The notes: generated by a model from the sequence alone, not told the origin. A DNA stretch of 64,000 bases from an uncultured Planctomycetia bacterium (GCA_964649665.1 CAZYPU010000001.1:16428-80427), one strand, 5' to 3'. Shown: positions 19,279-29,247, counted from the first letter of the stretch. Translations and numbers: made by a program.

Positions 19279-19886
19279 AATTGATATGCGAGCGCGCCAT
19301 GCTGGAGGGGCGGAAGATAGACCTCGCCGGCTGTCATTACGGCAGGACCACCGGGCCGCTCCCGTTTCTAAAGAGGCCGACCAACTATTATTATTTTCTG
19401 GCCGGGCTTGTCCGCTCACGGGCAATGACGGATATACTGGAGATAGGAACGCATTTCGGCGGGGCCATCATGTCCATGCGGAGGGGCCTAAAGGCGGAAA
19501 GCGCGCCCCGGAGCAGGCTTGTGACCGTGGATATAGAGCGCAAAAATCCGGACGGTTTCGGGGAATATTCCGATATCGAGCGCATTACGGGCGATTCGCT
19601 GGACGCGGATGTCGCGAAAAAAGTATGTGAATGTTTCGGCGGGGCCATAGACCTTATTTTCATAGATTCGCTTCACGAATATGAGCATACCAGAAAAAAT
19701 ATAGATATTTACGCCGGAGAGCTTAATCCGCGGTATATCGCGCTGGATGATATAAGGCAATGCGATTCGATGGCGCGCTTATGGAGGGACCTCCTTACGG
19801 AGTTTAAAGAAAACGCGTTCGACGCCTCGAATGTCTCTATCAGGAAAGGCGCCGGGTTCGGCGTCATAAAGTGGAGAAAAACTTAA
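19263..19886 (+). CDS. class I SAM-dependent methyltransferase (Methyltransf_24-like)
   Basis: LEIGTHFG, GDS, DLIFIDSLHEY, LDD. Confidence 0.8.
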   Translation: MQNNLKLICERAMLEGRKIDLAGCHYGRTTGPLPFLKRPTNYYYFLAGLVRSRAMTDILEIGTHFGGAIMSMRRGLKAESAPRSRLVTVDIERKNPDGFGEYSDIERITGDSLDADVAKKVCECFGGAIDLIFIDSLHEYEHTRKNIDIYAGELNPRYIALDDIRQCDSMARLWRDLLTEFKENAFDASNVSIRKGAGFGVIKWRKT

Positions 19887-19904
19887 TAAAAGCGGCCGGC
19901 TCGC

Positions 19905-19933
19905 TTGCAAATTATCCTTTCCGCAGGTATACT
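19905..19933 (+). promoter_or_regulatory. sigma70 promoter
   Basis: TTGCAA -17 bp- TATACT; SD AGGAGG upstream of ATG 19976. Confidence 0.6.
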
Positions 19934-19975
19934 TTTAATAAGTTGCCGGGATCGCGAAAGGAGGAGGGTTAAAGC

Positions 19976-20341
19976 ATGTTCTTATTGACCAGACTTATCG
20001 GTATTATTTCTCTGGGCGCGGGGCTCATTTTTCTTTTGAATCCCGCGACGATGAAGAACGTTATTTCTTACGCGCTGAAGGGCAAAAGAATCTATGGAAT
20101 AGGCGTTGTTAGGATTGCGGTGGGCCTTGTATTGCTCATGGCCGCTTCGCAGTGCAGGGTAATATGGGCTATAATCGTAATCGGAATTTTACCGCTTACA
20201 GGCGGTATCGGTATTTTCATCCTCGGGATTGAAAAGTGCAAAGACATGATTAAAAAATGGCAGGGTAAGCCGCGGAAGATTCTGCGCCTGGTGAGCTTTG
20301 CCCCTATAATCTTCGGATTACTGATCCTTTATTTTGCCTGA
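19976..20341 (+). CDS. 4-TM hypothetical membrane protein
   Basis: Strong SD and four hydrophobic segments. Confidence 0.75.
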   Translation: MFLLTRLIGIISLGAGLIFLLNPATMKNVISYALKGKRIYGIGVVRIAVGLVLLMAASQCRVIWAIIVIGILPLTGGIGIFILGIEKCKDMIKKWQGKPRKILRLVSFAPIIFGLLILYFA

Positions 20342-21029
20342 GAAGCGGAAAGAAACGGATAAAATGGCGCCGCCGAGGCGCAGCGTAAAAATATACGCCG
20401 CACTTCTGCTCATTCTTGCTCTCGGTCTATTTTTTGCGGCCGGGTTGTGCCATGCGGATAAAGATGTTATTTCTCTTAAAGGCACTATCCGGCGCTTTTC
20501 ATACGGCGACAGCTTTTACGGCATAGACGGCGATGACGGAAGGCAATACAGGCCCGTGGGGCTTACGCCCGGATTCAAAATCGAGGGCCTGAAAGTAGAA
20601 GTCCGCGGCCGCCTCATCAGGAAAAAATTACTTTTCAAACCGCAGTGCATCCCGATAGAGATTATTGATATTAAAAGGGCCGGCCGCGATGAAGTAGCGG
20701 GGAAAAGGGTATATTCCGACCCGTCGATGCCCGTCAGCGTAAGAGCCGGCGAGAACTTTATCATAAAACTCGCATCCAACCGGACAACCGGCTTTCTCTG
20801 GAAGCTCACTTCGCCCGTCGATAAGAAAATCCTCAAGTGCGAAAATGTGAACTACATAAGCGGAGACGAAACCGGCATTATCATTGCGGGTTTCGCAGGC
20901 GAAGAGAGGTGGACTTTCAAGGCGGCCGGCCCGGGAAAAACGGAGGTATTTTTCGACTATATCCGGCCCTGGGAGAAAGACACGGCACCCGCCAAAAGCC
21001 TGACCTTTAAGATCAACGTTGACGATTGA
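20334..21029 (+). CDS. secreted protein with C-terminal protease inhibitor I42 (chagasin) domain
   Basis: Signal peptide; LASNRTTGFLW, G.E.WTFKA..PG, YIRPWE motifs of I42. Confidence 0.8.
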   Translation: MPEKRKETDKMAPPRRSVKIYAALLLILALGLFFAAGLCHADKDVISLKGTIRRFSYGDSFYGIDGDDGRQYRPVGLTPGFKIEGLKVEVRGRLIRKKLLFKPQCIPIEIIDIKRAGRDEVAGKRVYSDPSMPVSVRAGENFIIKLASNRTTGFLWKLTSPVDKKILKCENVNYISGDETGIIIAGFAGEERWTFKAAGPGKTEVFFDYIRPWEKDTAPAKSLTFKINVDD

Positions 21030-21063
21030 GTAGTTTTTTCCGCCATTTCGCGCGAGCCCCCTT

Positions 21064-21127
21064 TGTCATTTCGAGGGTGCCCTTCGCTTTGATTCGGGAT
21101 AAACAGAAGGGCGCGCTCAGGATGACA
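21064..21127. repeat. REP-like palindromic element (TGTCAT..GAG...CTCAGGATGACA family)
   Basis: Imperfect terminal inverted repeats with internal GCCCTTC/GAAGGGC stem; same family as 36428-36513. Confidence 0.65.
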
Positions 21128-21215
21128 GAGAAAACTATTTTGACGATTTTGATTGAAGTTTAAGCCGACTCATATTACAATATATTCCCGAGATGAAAAG
21201 GATGAACGAAGATAA

Positions 21216-21977
21216 ATGAGCAAGGATAAAGGCGAAAAGGGCTTGAATCCCGTCTACATAGAGGCGCTTGATCTTGATGACGCCTGGTTCCGGTGCCTGT
21301 CGGAAATACTGCGGCACGGTTATGTTTACAAGATTGACCGGGGAAGCTACGCGGGACAAAAGCGCCTTGAGTTTGATTTCATAACGGTCCGCGTCAAAAA
21401 CCCCGCCCATCAGATAATTCCCCTCATACCGGAAGGTTCCGGGATACCCGCCCCCACCGACATGAACTACATACAGCAGTATCTCTCGTATCTTCTCACG
21501 AGCCAGAAGACCAAGACCGAAGATTATACCTACGGCGAACGTCTGGTGGACCCGAAGGCAAAAATCGAAACGGAAGTTGACGGCAAAAAAATGGTTAAAG
21601 ATATGCCGCTCAAGTGCAATCAGGTGGAGGAGGTCATAAAGATTTACAAGACCCAGGGATTCGGGACCAACCAGGCTGTCATGGAAATAGGCATGCCATC
21701 GGACATAATGCTCGAGGACCCGCCGTGCCTGCGCATAATAGATACGCGCGTGCGCTACGGAAAACTGCATTTTTTCCTGTACTTCCGCTCCTGGGATCTC
21801 TGGGGAGGTTTTCCTTCGAATCTCGGCGGGCTTGAACTTGTGAAGCAATACATGGCGGACGAGATAGGGGTGGGAAACGGCGAAATCGTGGCGTGCTCCA
21901 AAGGGCTTCACCTCTACGAATACGCCTGGGAACTAGCCAAACAGAGAACCCATAAATACGACCTGGAAATAAAATGA
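21216..21977 (+). CDS. thyA: thymidylate synthase, ThyA family (short, archaeal-like type)
   Basis: YTYGERL, DPPCLR, FRSWDL..GFPSN, LHLY. Confidence 0.85.
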   Translation: MSKDKGEKGLNPVYIEALDLDDAWFRCLSEILRHGYVYKIDRGSYAGQKRLEFDFITVRVKNPAHQIIPLIPEGSGIPAPTDMNYIQQYLSYLLTSQKTKTEDYTYGERLVDPKAKIETEVDGKKMVKDMPLKCNQVEEVIKIYKTQGFGTNQAVMEIGMPSDIMLEDPPCLRIIDTRVRYGKLHFFLYFRSWDLWGGFPSNLGGLELVKQYMADEIGVGNGEIVACSKGLHLYEYAWELAKQRTHKYDLEIK

Positions 21978-21991
21978 TCCCGCAGGAATAG

Positions 21992-23002
21992 ATGCAAAAA
22001 GTAAGATATGAAATCGACCCACATAACAGGCTTGTTATCAAAGATACCGGCCGAAAAACCCGCCTTCACGCCTTCAGAAGATCCCTGGACGGCAAATTCA
22101 AGATAGGCAAAAACAATACGCTGACCTACCGCGTAAAGGCCCCGATGCCCCGCGACGCGAATATTCCGCATCAGGTTAAATTAAGGGGAAAATGGTCGCT
22201 AAACAAGCGCCGCGATTTAATATTGACCCTCGATAAATGGGGCAGGCAGACCTTCGGCGACAGGCTGACGCTTACGGGGAACATAATAGGCGTAAATAAA
22301 GACGCGCTTCTTTTTGCCGTTTCCACCCGGACCAAAGAAGGCACCCGCTCGACTTACTGCCTGAAACTCAGCGGTTCGTGGCGGGCCGACCGGCATAACC
22401 GCCTTACGTTCAGGGTAAAAAAAGAGCGCGGAAGGCACGACATTCTAATCCTTGACGGGATATGGGAGATAGGCAAAAACCATCAAATTATATATCGCTA
22501 TGAAAAAGCCCGCCTCATACGTAAATCGAAAAAAATACATACTCTGAACTTTAAGGGGCACTGGGACATTAAGGGCAAAGCGCGAATTTCGTACGTTTTC
22601 GAAGGAAATACGGGCCCGAGTTTTGATTTCAGAACCGGCGCGGGCCTCTTCCGGGAAAACTATATAAAATACGAAATAGGCATAGGCCTCTCGCGGAGAG
22701 CCGGGCCCGCCAGGCGGATAGTCGCCCTTTTCGGCAGATGGAAAATAAACAGAAGAAAAGAGTTAATGTTCGAAGTAAAATATGAAAACGGAAAAATTCA
22801 CGCCATCGCTTTCAGCGCGGACATAAAAATAACGGATAAAGACACGATATTATTCAGGCTCAGGGCCAATAGCGGCAGGGATATAAGCGCGAATCTGAAA
22901 CTTTCCCGCAGTATGTTAGGGGGAAGCGCCGAGGCATTCGCGCGGGCGCTTAAATCGAAGCGGGAGTCCGCCGTTTATGCCGGCGCGGCTCTTGAATGGT
23001 AA
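21992..23002 (+). CDS. basic beta-rich repeat hypothetical protein
   Basis: Repeated GxW...(L/I)x(Y/F) units; C-terminal AGAALEW. Confidence 0.75.
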   Translation: MQKVRYEIDPHNRLVIKDTGRKTRLHAFRRSLDGKFKIGKNNTLTYRVKAPMPRDANIPHQVKLRGKWSLNKRRDLILTLDKWGRQTFGDRLTLTGNIIGVNKDALLFAVSTRTKEGTRSTYCLKLSGSWRADRHNRLTFRVKKERGRHDILILDGIWEIGKNHQIIYRYEKARLIRKSKKIHTLNFKGHWDIKGKARISYVFEGNTGPSFDFRTGAGLFRENYIKYEIGIGLSRRAGPARRIVALFGRWKINRRKELMFEVKYENGKIHAIAFSADIKITDKDTILFRLRANSGRDISANLKLSRSMLGGSAEAFARALKSKRESAVYAGAALEW

Positions 23003-23022
23003 CAATAATAGATAAATAAAAC

Positions 23023-23051
23023 TTGAGGGTTCTTACCTATAGGGGTATAAT
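23023..23051 (+). promoter_or_regulatory. sigma70 promoter
   Basis: TTGAGG -17 bp- TATAAT; SD AGGAGG before ATG 23080. Confidence 0.55.
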
Positions 23052-23079
23052 CAAAGTTACAAACAAAGGAGGGACCGAA

Positions 23080-24270
23080 ATGAAAGAAAATCGGTTTTTA
23101 TCCCCGGCTTTATTGCTCACATTTCTCGGCGTATTCCTTTCAGGGTGTTCCTACTTTCCCATCCAGACAGCCACCCCCTACATCAAAGACCTGTATAGAC
23201 GCATTCCGTATAAGATGGACGGCCACTACAGGGTAATCAGTATTTTCTACGCGACATGCCGTAAGGTTGAAAAAGGGAAAGATTTTTCGTCGTCTTTCCT
23301 GCCGAAACTCGGGGACAAAACCTCATACGGTAAAATGGATGTCAAAGTGAACCCCCGCCTTAAAATAGGAAAGATGCAGCCCGCGAGCCTTAAGAAAAGG
23401 GGCATGATAGAAATGGATGGCCTCGAGGAAATGGGAAGCGATAATTTTATAGAGCGCCTGGACGAGGCGGTCAAAAACTCCCCGCATAATTCCCTCCTTG
23501 TGCTCGCGTTCGGTTACAAGGACGATTTTGAGGTGACGGCGATAAAGGCCGCTTACTTCGCCTATCTGCTTGATGTCAATACGCCGGTTCTTCTTTTTGA
23601 CTGGCCCGGCGACCAGCCGGTAAGCATAGGCGGCTATAAGAAGGCGCAATCCCTCGCTGTGGAGTCCGGGCCCTACATGGGGAGGCTCCTGGCGAAAATC
23701 GCGCGGGAGATAAAACCACAGAAGCTCTGGGTCGAGTCATCCAGCCTGGGATGCCAGGTTGTGTGCTCGGCTTTCGAGCACATGTGTAAGTATAATGACT
23801 GTGCAGATCCGGATTTTGAGATAGACCATGTGATACTTTCCGCGCCCGATGTCAGCAAAGAAGAGTTTGACAACTCGTTTGAGAACGAAATCTCGGCGCT
23901 TACGAGATATCTGACAATGTATGTTTCCTCGGACGACGAAGCGCTTCTTCTCAGCGGAATTATAGACGGCGAAAAAAAACTCGGCCGCCAGGTGATAAAG
24001 CCCACTGAGCACGTAAAGGACCATGAACAGTTCCAAGAGATGAAAAGTCTTATGTATCTTAAATCGCTTCATTCGGATAAAATTTCCCTGGTTGACGTAA
24101 CCCCGGTAAACAGGGCAAGCAACCGCCACGGCTATTACCTTGAATCGCCCGATTACTTCGACGATTTCTACATACGCATTTTGGCAAAACAGCCAAACTT
24201 AAACCGGCGACTCTACCTTATGAAAGTCAGGGAAAAGGTTGATTGCTGGGTTCTGCTGGGAGAGAGATAA
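23080..24270 (+). CDS. lipoprotein, DUF900-like alpha/beta hydrolase
   Basis: Lipobox LSGC; FYATCR, FDWP, SSLG, SAPDV, YVSSDDEAL, HGYY. Confidence 0.8.
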   Translation: MKENRFLSPALLLTFLGVFLSGCSYFPIQTATPYIKDLYRRIPYKMDGHYRVISIFYATCRKVEKGKDFSSSFLPKLGDKTSYGKMDVKVNPRLKIGKMQPASLKKRGMIEMDGLEEMGSDNFIERLDEAVKNSPHNSLLVLAFGYKDDFEVTAIKAAYFAYLLDVNTPVLLFDWPGDQPVSIGGYKKAQSLAVESGPYMGRLLAKIAREIKPQKLWVESSSLGCQVVCSAFEHMCKYNDCADPDFEIDHVILSAPDVSKEEFDNSFENEISALTRYLTMYVSSDDEALLLSGIIDGEKKLGRQVIKPTEHVKDHEQFQEMKSLMYLKSLHSDKISLVDVTPVNRASNRHGYYLESPDYFDDFYIRILAKQPNLNRRLYLMKVREKVDCWVLLGER

Positions 24271-24316
24271 AAAATATTACAGATTCATGCGGATAAAACA
24301 AAAGAGGGAGGAAGGG

Positions 24317-24589
24317 ATGGCGCAGATAAAGATTGAAAAATTGCCGGAAGAAAAACTTAAAAAAATGGGCGTTTTTTCATGGCCCGTATGGGAAAAGGAA
24401 GTATCGCGCTTTGATTGGCATTACAATGATACCGAAATGTGCTATATCATTGAGGGAAAAGTAAGCGTGGAAACGGAGCCCGGAAAGGGCGTGAGCTTCG
24501 GCCCGGGAGATTTTGTTACATTTCCGAAAGGCCTGAAGTGCGTCTGGGACATAAAGGAGCCTGTTAAGAAGCATTACAACTTTAAATAA
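24317..24589 (+). CDS. cupin (DUF861 / Cupin_3)
   Basis: WPVWEKEVSRFDWHY..EMCYIIEG...GDFVTFPKG...W...KHY. Confidence 0.9.
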   Translation: MAQIKIEKLPEEKLKKMGVFSWPVWEKEVSRFDWHYNDTEMCYIIEGKVSVETEPGKGVSFGPGDFVTFPKGLKCVWDIKEPVKKHYNFK

Positions 24590-25599
24590 TGAAAAAGCCG
24601 TACATAACCCTGAAATTCGCCCAGACGCTGGACGGTAAAATTGCCGCGCCCGACGGCTCATCGAAGTGGATAAGCGGCCCGCAGGCGCGAAAATTCGCCC
24701 ACGGATTACGCGCAAAAAATGACGCCGTTCTTGTCGGGATAAGAACTATCCTGCGTGACAACCCCGCCCTTACCGTCCGCCTTGTAAAGGGGGGAAACCC
24801 CGCCAGGGTCGTTATTGACCGCAGGCTTCGCGTGCCGCTTGAGGCGCGCGTTGTGAAAGAAGCTAACCTCGCGAAAACAATTATTATTACTACGCCAAAA
24901 GCCCCGGAAAGCAAGATGAAACGGCTTAAAGCGGCGGGTGTCGAAATTATAGTTTTACCGGCCTCAAAAGGAGGGTATATTGACTTACACAGGATTATCC
25001 GTATACTCTATAAGAAGGGAATCAGGAGGATGCTTGTTGAAGGCGGCGCTCGCGTTATCGCCTCTTTCCTGAAAGCGCGCCTCGCGGATAGGATCATAAC
25101 GGTTATATCACCCAGGATTCTGGGAAGGGGCGTGGAAAGCGCGGGGGACATGGGTATCGGGAATATAAAAAATGCCGTTAAGTTACGAATAAAAAACGTA
25201 AAGCGCCTCGGTAAAGACATAATTTACACCTCGGCGGGCTTTACCCTTTTTGAAATAATGGTAGTTATTCTTATCGTCGGCTTCCTCGCGATGATAGCCA
25301 TACCCAATTACATGCAGGCCCGCCTTAAGACACAAGAGGAGTTGTGCCTCGCAAACCAGAAAGCGATCTTTGTCGCGGCCGCGGGATATGTTTTAAATGA
25401 GGCGGATTCCCTGGCGGCGATGAGTAATGACGAGCGTCTTGACGCACTTGTGGAGAGGGGATACCTTAGAAGCGCGGAATGGCAGGGATGCCCCTCGGCC
25501 CCCGGCGGAAACGGCAAGGATTATACCCTGGTATTCGACGGCGATGCTATTACCGACGTGGAGTGCGACATAAAAGGCGGCCAGCACCAGTGGCCGTAA
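24589..25599 (+). CDS. RibD C-terminal (pyrimidine reductase) domain fused in frame to a type IV pilin-like domain
   Basis: LKFAQTLDGKIA, SKWIS, DNPALTVR, LVEGG up to about residue 215; then G217-FTLFEIMVVILIVGFLAMIAIPNY N-methylation motif and a Cys-containing pilin head. Confidence 0.85.
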   Translation: MKKPYITLKFAQTLDGKIAAPDGSSKWISGPQARKFAHGLRAKNDAVLVGIRTILRDNPALTVRLVKGGNPARVVIDRRLRVPLEARVVKEANLAKTIIITTPKAPESKMKRLKAAGVEIIVLPASKGGYIDLHRIIRILYKKGIRRMLVEGGARVIASFLKARLADRIITVISPRILGRGVESAGDMGIGNIKNAVKLRIKNVKRLGKDIIYTSAGFTLFEIMVVILIVGFLAMIAIPNYMQARLKTQEELCLANQKAIFVAAAGYVLNEADSLAAMSNDERLDALVERGYLRSAEWQGCPSAPGGNGKDYTLVFDGDAITDVECDIKGGQHQWP

Positions 25600-25600
25600 T

Positions 25601-26140
25601 ATGAATTCGAAATCCGGATCTTATATTTTATCCGGATTTTTATTTTTGTCATTTGCTATTACAACAGGGGGTAATGCCATGGCGCTTCGATTAACGAGCC
25701 CCGCTTTTAAAGACGGGGAATTTATTCCGGATAAATATACGGGTAAAGGCGAGGATATTTCGCCGCCCCTTGAATGGGTGGACGCGCCAGGCGGGACGAA
25801 GAGCTTTGCGCTTATTTCCGATGACCCTGACGCGCCGATGGGCACGTGGGTTCATTGGGTTTTGTATGGCATACCCGCGGACAAAAAAAATCTCCCGGAG
25901 GGGGTAAAAAAAGACGGCGTTTTACCTGACGGCGCCATGCAGGGTATGACCAATTTCGGAAGTGTCGGCTACGGAGGGCCGTATCCGCCCCCCGGCCCGG
26001 CGCACAGGTATTTTTTCAGACTCTACGCCGTCGGAGCGAAATTGAATTTAAAATCGGGCCTCACGAAGAAAGCGCTTTTGGAGGCGATAAAAGAACATAT
26101 TATCGCGAAAGCTGAGCTTATGGGGAAATACCGGAGGTGA
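25601..26140 (+). CDS. YbhB/YbcL (PEBP) family protein
   Basis: SPPLEW, DDPDAP.GTWVHWV, GYGGP.PP...HRY; start may be ATG 25679. Confidence 0.9.
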   Translation: MNSKSGSYILSGFLFLSFAITTGGNAMALRLTSPAFKDGEFIPDKYTGKGEDISPPLEWVDAPGGTKSFALISDDPDAPMGTWVHWVLYGIPADKKNLPEGVKKDGVLPDGAMQGMTNFGSVGYGGPYPPPGPAHRYFFRLYAVGAKLNLKSGLTKKALLEAIKEHIIAKAELMGKYRR

Positions 26141-26784
26141 AACCCGCGAAAGAACGCGTCGCCGGCATTATAAGGGCGCTGCGCGGGGAGTATCCGGGAG
26201 CGAAAACGACGCTCAGTCATAAATCAGCTTTTGAGCTTCTTATCTCCACGATCCTTTCCGCGCAGTGTACCGACGCGCGCGTAAATAAAATAACGCCCGG
26301 ACTTTTCAGAAAGCATAAAAACCCGGGCGCTTTTGCCCGCGTAAAACAGGGCGTTTTGGAAAAAGAAATACGCTCTACGGGATTCTACAGGAACAAGGCG
26401 AAGAATATCATAGCGGCTTCAAAAAAGATAGTGAAGGAATTCGACGGCAAGGTTCCCGAGACAATGGACACCCTTACGAGCCTTCCGGGCGTGGCGCGAA
26501 AGACCGCCAATATAGTGCTTTCGAGTTCTTTCCGCAAGGCCGAGGGCATAGCGGTCGATACCCATGTCAAGCGGCTCTCGGGAAGGATCGGCCTGAGCGC
26601 GGAAAGGGACCCGGTCAAGATAGAAAAAGACCTTATGGAAATAGTCCCGCGCGGGGACTGGCTTGATTTTAATCACCTTCTTGTCAGTCATGGCCGCAAG
26701 ATCTGCAGCGCGCGAAAACCTCTCTGCGCGGAGTGCGTGATAAAATACCTCTGTCCTTCAGTGGGGACAGGCGCGGGCCCGTAG
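26137..26784 (+). CDS. nth: endonuclease III
   Basis: LSAQCTD, LPGVARKTAN, VDTHV, C-x6-C-x2-C-x5-C. Confidence 0.95.
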   Translation: MKPAKERVAGIIRALRGEYPGAKTTLSHKSAFELLISTILSAQCTDARVNKITPGLFRKHKNPGAFARVKQGVLEKEIRSTGFYRNKAKNIIAASKKIVKEFDGKVPETMDTLTSLPGVARKTANIVLSSSFRKAEGIAVDTHVKRLSGRIGLSAERDPVKIEKDLMEIVPRGDWLDFNHLLVSHGRKICSARKPLCAECVIKYLCPSVGTGAGP

Positions 26785-26793
26785 GGGGAGTAT

Positions 26794-27798
26794 ATGCAAA
26801 AAGAAGCGATGCTATACGAAACGTTAGATAACGATCGCGCGCATTGCTTCCTGTGCGCCCACAATTGCAAAATTGACGATTCGAAATACGGCGTTTGCGG
26901 CGTTCGCAGAAACGAAAAAGGGGCCCTTTATACGTGCGTGTACGCCGAAGCAATCGCCGCTCACGTGGACCCTATCGAGAAAAAGCCGTTTTATCACTTT
27001 CTCCCCGGCACCCGGGCGTTTTCTATCGCGACGATCGGCTGCAATTTCCACTGTCCATTCTGCCAGAACTGGCAGATATCGCAGGAATCAAAAAGAAACG
27101 GCGCTTTCGCAGGAAGGGAACTCAAACCCGAAGAAATCGTAAGGCAGGCGAAAAAAAACAAATGTAAGAGCATATCCTATACCTATACGGAGCCAACCGT
27201 ATTTTTTGAATATGCGTACGATACCTCCAAACTGGCGAAAAAAGAAGGGCTCTTTAACACCTTCGTGACAAACGGTTACATGAGCGCGGAGGCGCTGGAG
27301 ACGATAAAACCGTATCTCGACGCCTGCAATGTGGACCTTAAATTTTTTAACGAGCAAATGTATAAAAAGATATGCGGAGGGTCCCTTGGGCCGGTCCTTG
27401 AATCCATTCGCCTGATGAAGAAGCTCGGTATATGGGTTGAGGTTACGACACTGATCGTGCCGGGGCTGAACGACAGCGACGGGGAGCTTAAAGGCATCGC
27501 GGGATTCATAAAAAGCGTTGACGCGGCGGTTCCCTGGCATATAAGCAGGTTTCATCCCGATTATAAATTTACGGATACGGAAGACACCCCGCTTGCGGCT
27601 CTCAAGAGGGCCGAATCCATCGGGAAAGCAGAGGGCCTCAAATACATATATTTAGGCAACGTCGCCGAAGAAGGCAATACCCTCTGCGGTAAATGCGGCA
27701 AGGTTCTCATATCGAGGGCCGGTTATGCTATCGCGGAGAATAGCATAAAAAACGGAAAGTGCCCCGCGTGCGCCGCGGCGGTAGAAGGCGTGTGGTGA
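26794..27798 (+). CDS. amrS: AmmeMemoRadiSam system radical SAM enzyme
   Basis: DPIEKKP, GCNFHCPFCQNWQISQ, YTYTEP, WHISRFHP. Confidence 0.9.
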   Translation: MQKEAMLYETLDNDRAHCFLCAHNCKIDDSKYGVCGVRRNEKGALYTCVYAEAIAAHVDPIEKKPFYHFLPGTRAFSIATIGCNFHCPFCQNWQISQESKRNGAFAGRELKPEEIVRQAKKNKCKSISYTYTEPTVFFEYAYDTSKLAKKEGLFNTFVTNGYMSAEALETIKPYLDACNVDLKFFNEQMYKKICGGSLGPVLESIRLMKKLGIWVEVTTLIVPGLNDSDGELKGIAGFIKSVDAAVPWHISRFHPDYKFTDTEDTPLAALKRAESIGKAEGLKYIYLGNVAEEGNTLCGKCGKVLISRAGYAIAENSIKNGKCPACAAAVEGVW

Positions 27799-27799
27799 T

Positions 27800-28822
27800 A
27801 TGTATATAGTGTGGATTAAATTCGCGATATGCGCGTGCTTTATTCTTTTCGCGGGCAAGCGGATAGCCATGTACGCCGATGTCATAGCCGAGAAAACAGG
27901 CCTCGGCGGATTATGGATAGGCCTCGTTCTCGTGGCGGTAGCGACAAGCCTTCCCGAGCTTTTTACCGGTATCGGCAGCGTTGTCTTTCTCGATGCGCCG
28001 GATCTTACGATAGGGAACCTTTTCGGCGCAAATTCATATAATCTGCTCAATATCGGATTTCTTGATCTAATTACAAAGGGAAGCCCCCTTCTTTGCTCGC
28101 TCGGGTCCGGCCAGCTTTTAACGGCTGTTTTTACACTGATACCTATTTTGCTGGCTGCGCTCGGAATAATCTTCTGGAAAAGCGGTTTTCACGTATGGAG
28201 CATAGGTAACGTAGGATTCTTCAGTATTGCCATTATCATTTCGTATTGCGTTATTACGAAAATTATATATAATTTTGAAAAAAGAAAAGCCGTAAAAAAA
28301 GAGAATACCCGCCTGCCCGCTCCGCCGAAGGCCAAATATGATGACATTTCCCTTAAGAAAGCGTATATCCATTATGGGATTTCCGCCGGGGTGATCATAC
28401 TGAGCGGCATTTGGCTTGCATATATAGGTAAGGAGATATCGGAAATTATGGGCCTTAACCAGAGTTTCGTAGGCAGTCTCTTCATAGGCCTCGCTACGAC
28501 GCTTCCGGAAATCACGGTTTCCGTAGCGGCGCTCCTTATAGGGGCGCGAGAAATTGCCGTGGCCAATATGCTCGGAAGCAACCTCTTTAATACCGCGATT
28601 ATTTTTGTAAATGATGTTTTATACCGAAAATCCCCGATACTCGAGGCCGTTTCGCCGGGCCACCTGCGGCAGGCTTTCTGTGTTATGGCCATGACAGCCG
28701 TGGTGATTCTCGGCATGACAATGAAGCCGAAAAAAAAGTTTCTTAATATAAGCTGGTACGTTCCGGTGCTTTTTATTATCTTTCTGGTAAGCGCGTATTT
28801 TAATTTCCTTGGAGGGGGGTAA
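27800..28822 (+). CDS. Na+/Ca2+ exchanger (CaCA) family antiporter
   Basis: Two alpha repeats ATSLPE / ATTLPE with GNLFGAN / ANMLGSN. Confidence 0.88.
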   Translation: MYIVWIKFAICACFILFAGKRIAMYADVIAEKTGLGGLWIGLVLVAVATSLPELFTGIGSVVFLDAPDLTIGNLFGANSYNLLNIGFLDLITKGSPLLCSLGSGQLLTAVFTLIPILLAALGIIFWKSGFHVWSIGNVGFFSIAIIISYCVITKIIYNFEKRKAVKKENTRLPAPPKAKYDDISLKKAYIHYGISAGVIILSGIWLAYIGKEISEIMGLNQSFVGSLFIGLATTLPEITVSVAALLIGAREIAVANMLGSNLFNTAIIFVNDVLYRKSPILEAVSPGHLRQAFCVMAMTAVVILGMTMKPKKKFLNISWYVPVLFIIFLVSAYFNFLGGG

Positions 28823-28824
28823 AA

Positions 28825-29247
28825 ATGTTAATACCGATGAATATCATAGTCCTGCGTCTTTTCCTGGCCGCCGTGTGCGGTGCCATAGTAGGGCTGGAAC
28901 GGGAAATCAGCGACAAAGCGGCGGGCCTCAGAACGCATATTTTGGTTTGCATAGGTTCCTGCATGTTCGGATTGCTGGGGATTGAATTAACGGTGAATTA
29001 CCCCGAGGCCGATATATTGCGGCTTGCGCAGGGGCTTCTGATAGGCGTGGGATTTCTCGGCGGCGGCGTTATAATGCGTGAGGGCGCTTCCGTGAAGGGC
29101 CTTACGACAGCGGCCGGAATATGGGTAATGGGCGTTATCGGCCTTTCAATCGGCGTCGGAAGATATTACATATCGTTAGTGGGGACCCTCTTCATTTTTC
29201 TTGTCATAGGTTTCTTCGGAAAAGTGGGGAAGATGGTGAAGAAATGA
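28825..29247 (+). CDS. MgtC/SapB family protein
   Basis: GLERE...AGLRTH, GVGFLGGG, GLTTAAGIW. Confidence 0.92.
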   Translation: MLIPMNIIVLRLFLAAVCGAIVGLEREISDKAAGLRTHILVCIGSCMFGLLGIELTVNYPEADILRLAQGLLIGVGFLGGGVIMREGASVKGLTTAAGIWVMGVIGLSIGVGRYYISLVGTLFIFLVIGFFGKVGKMVKK

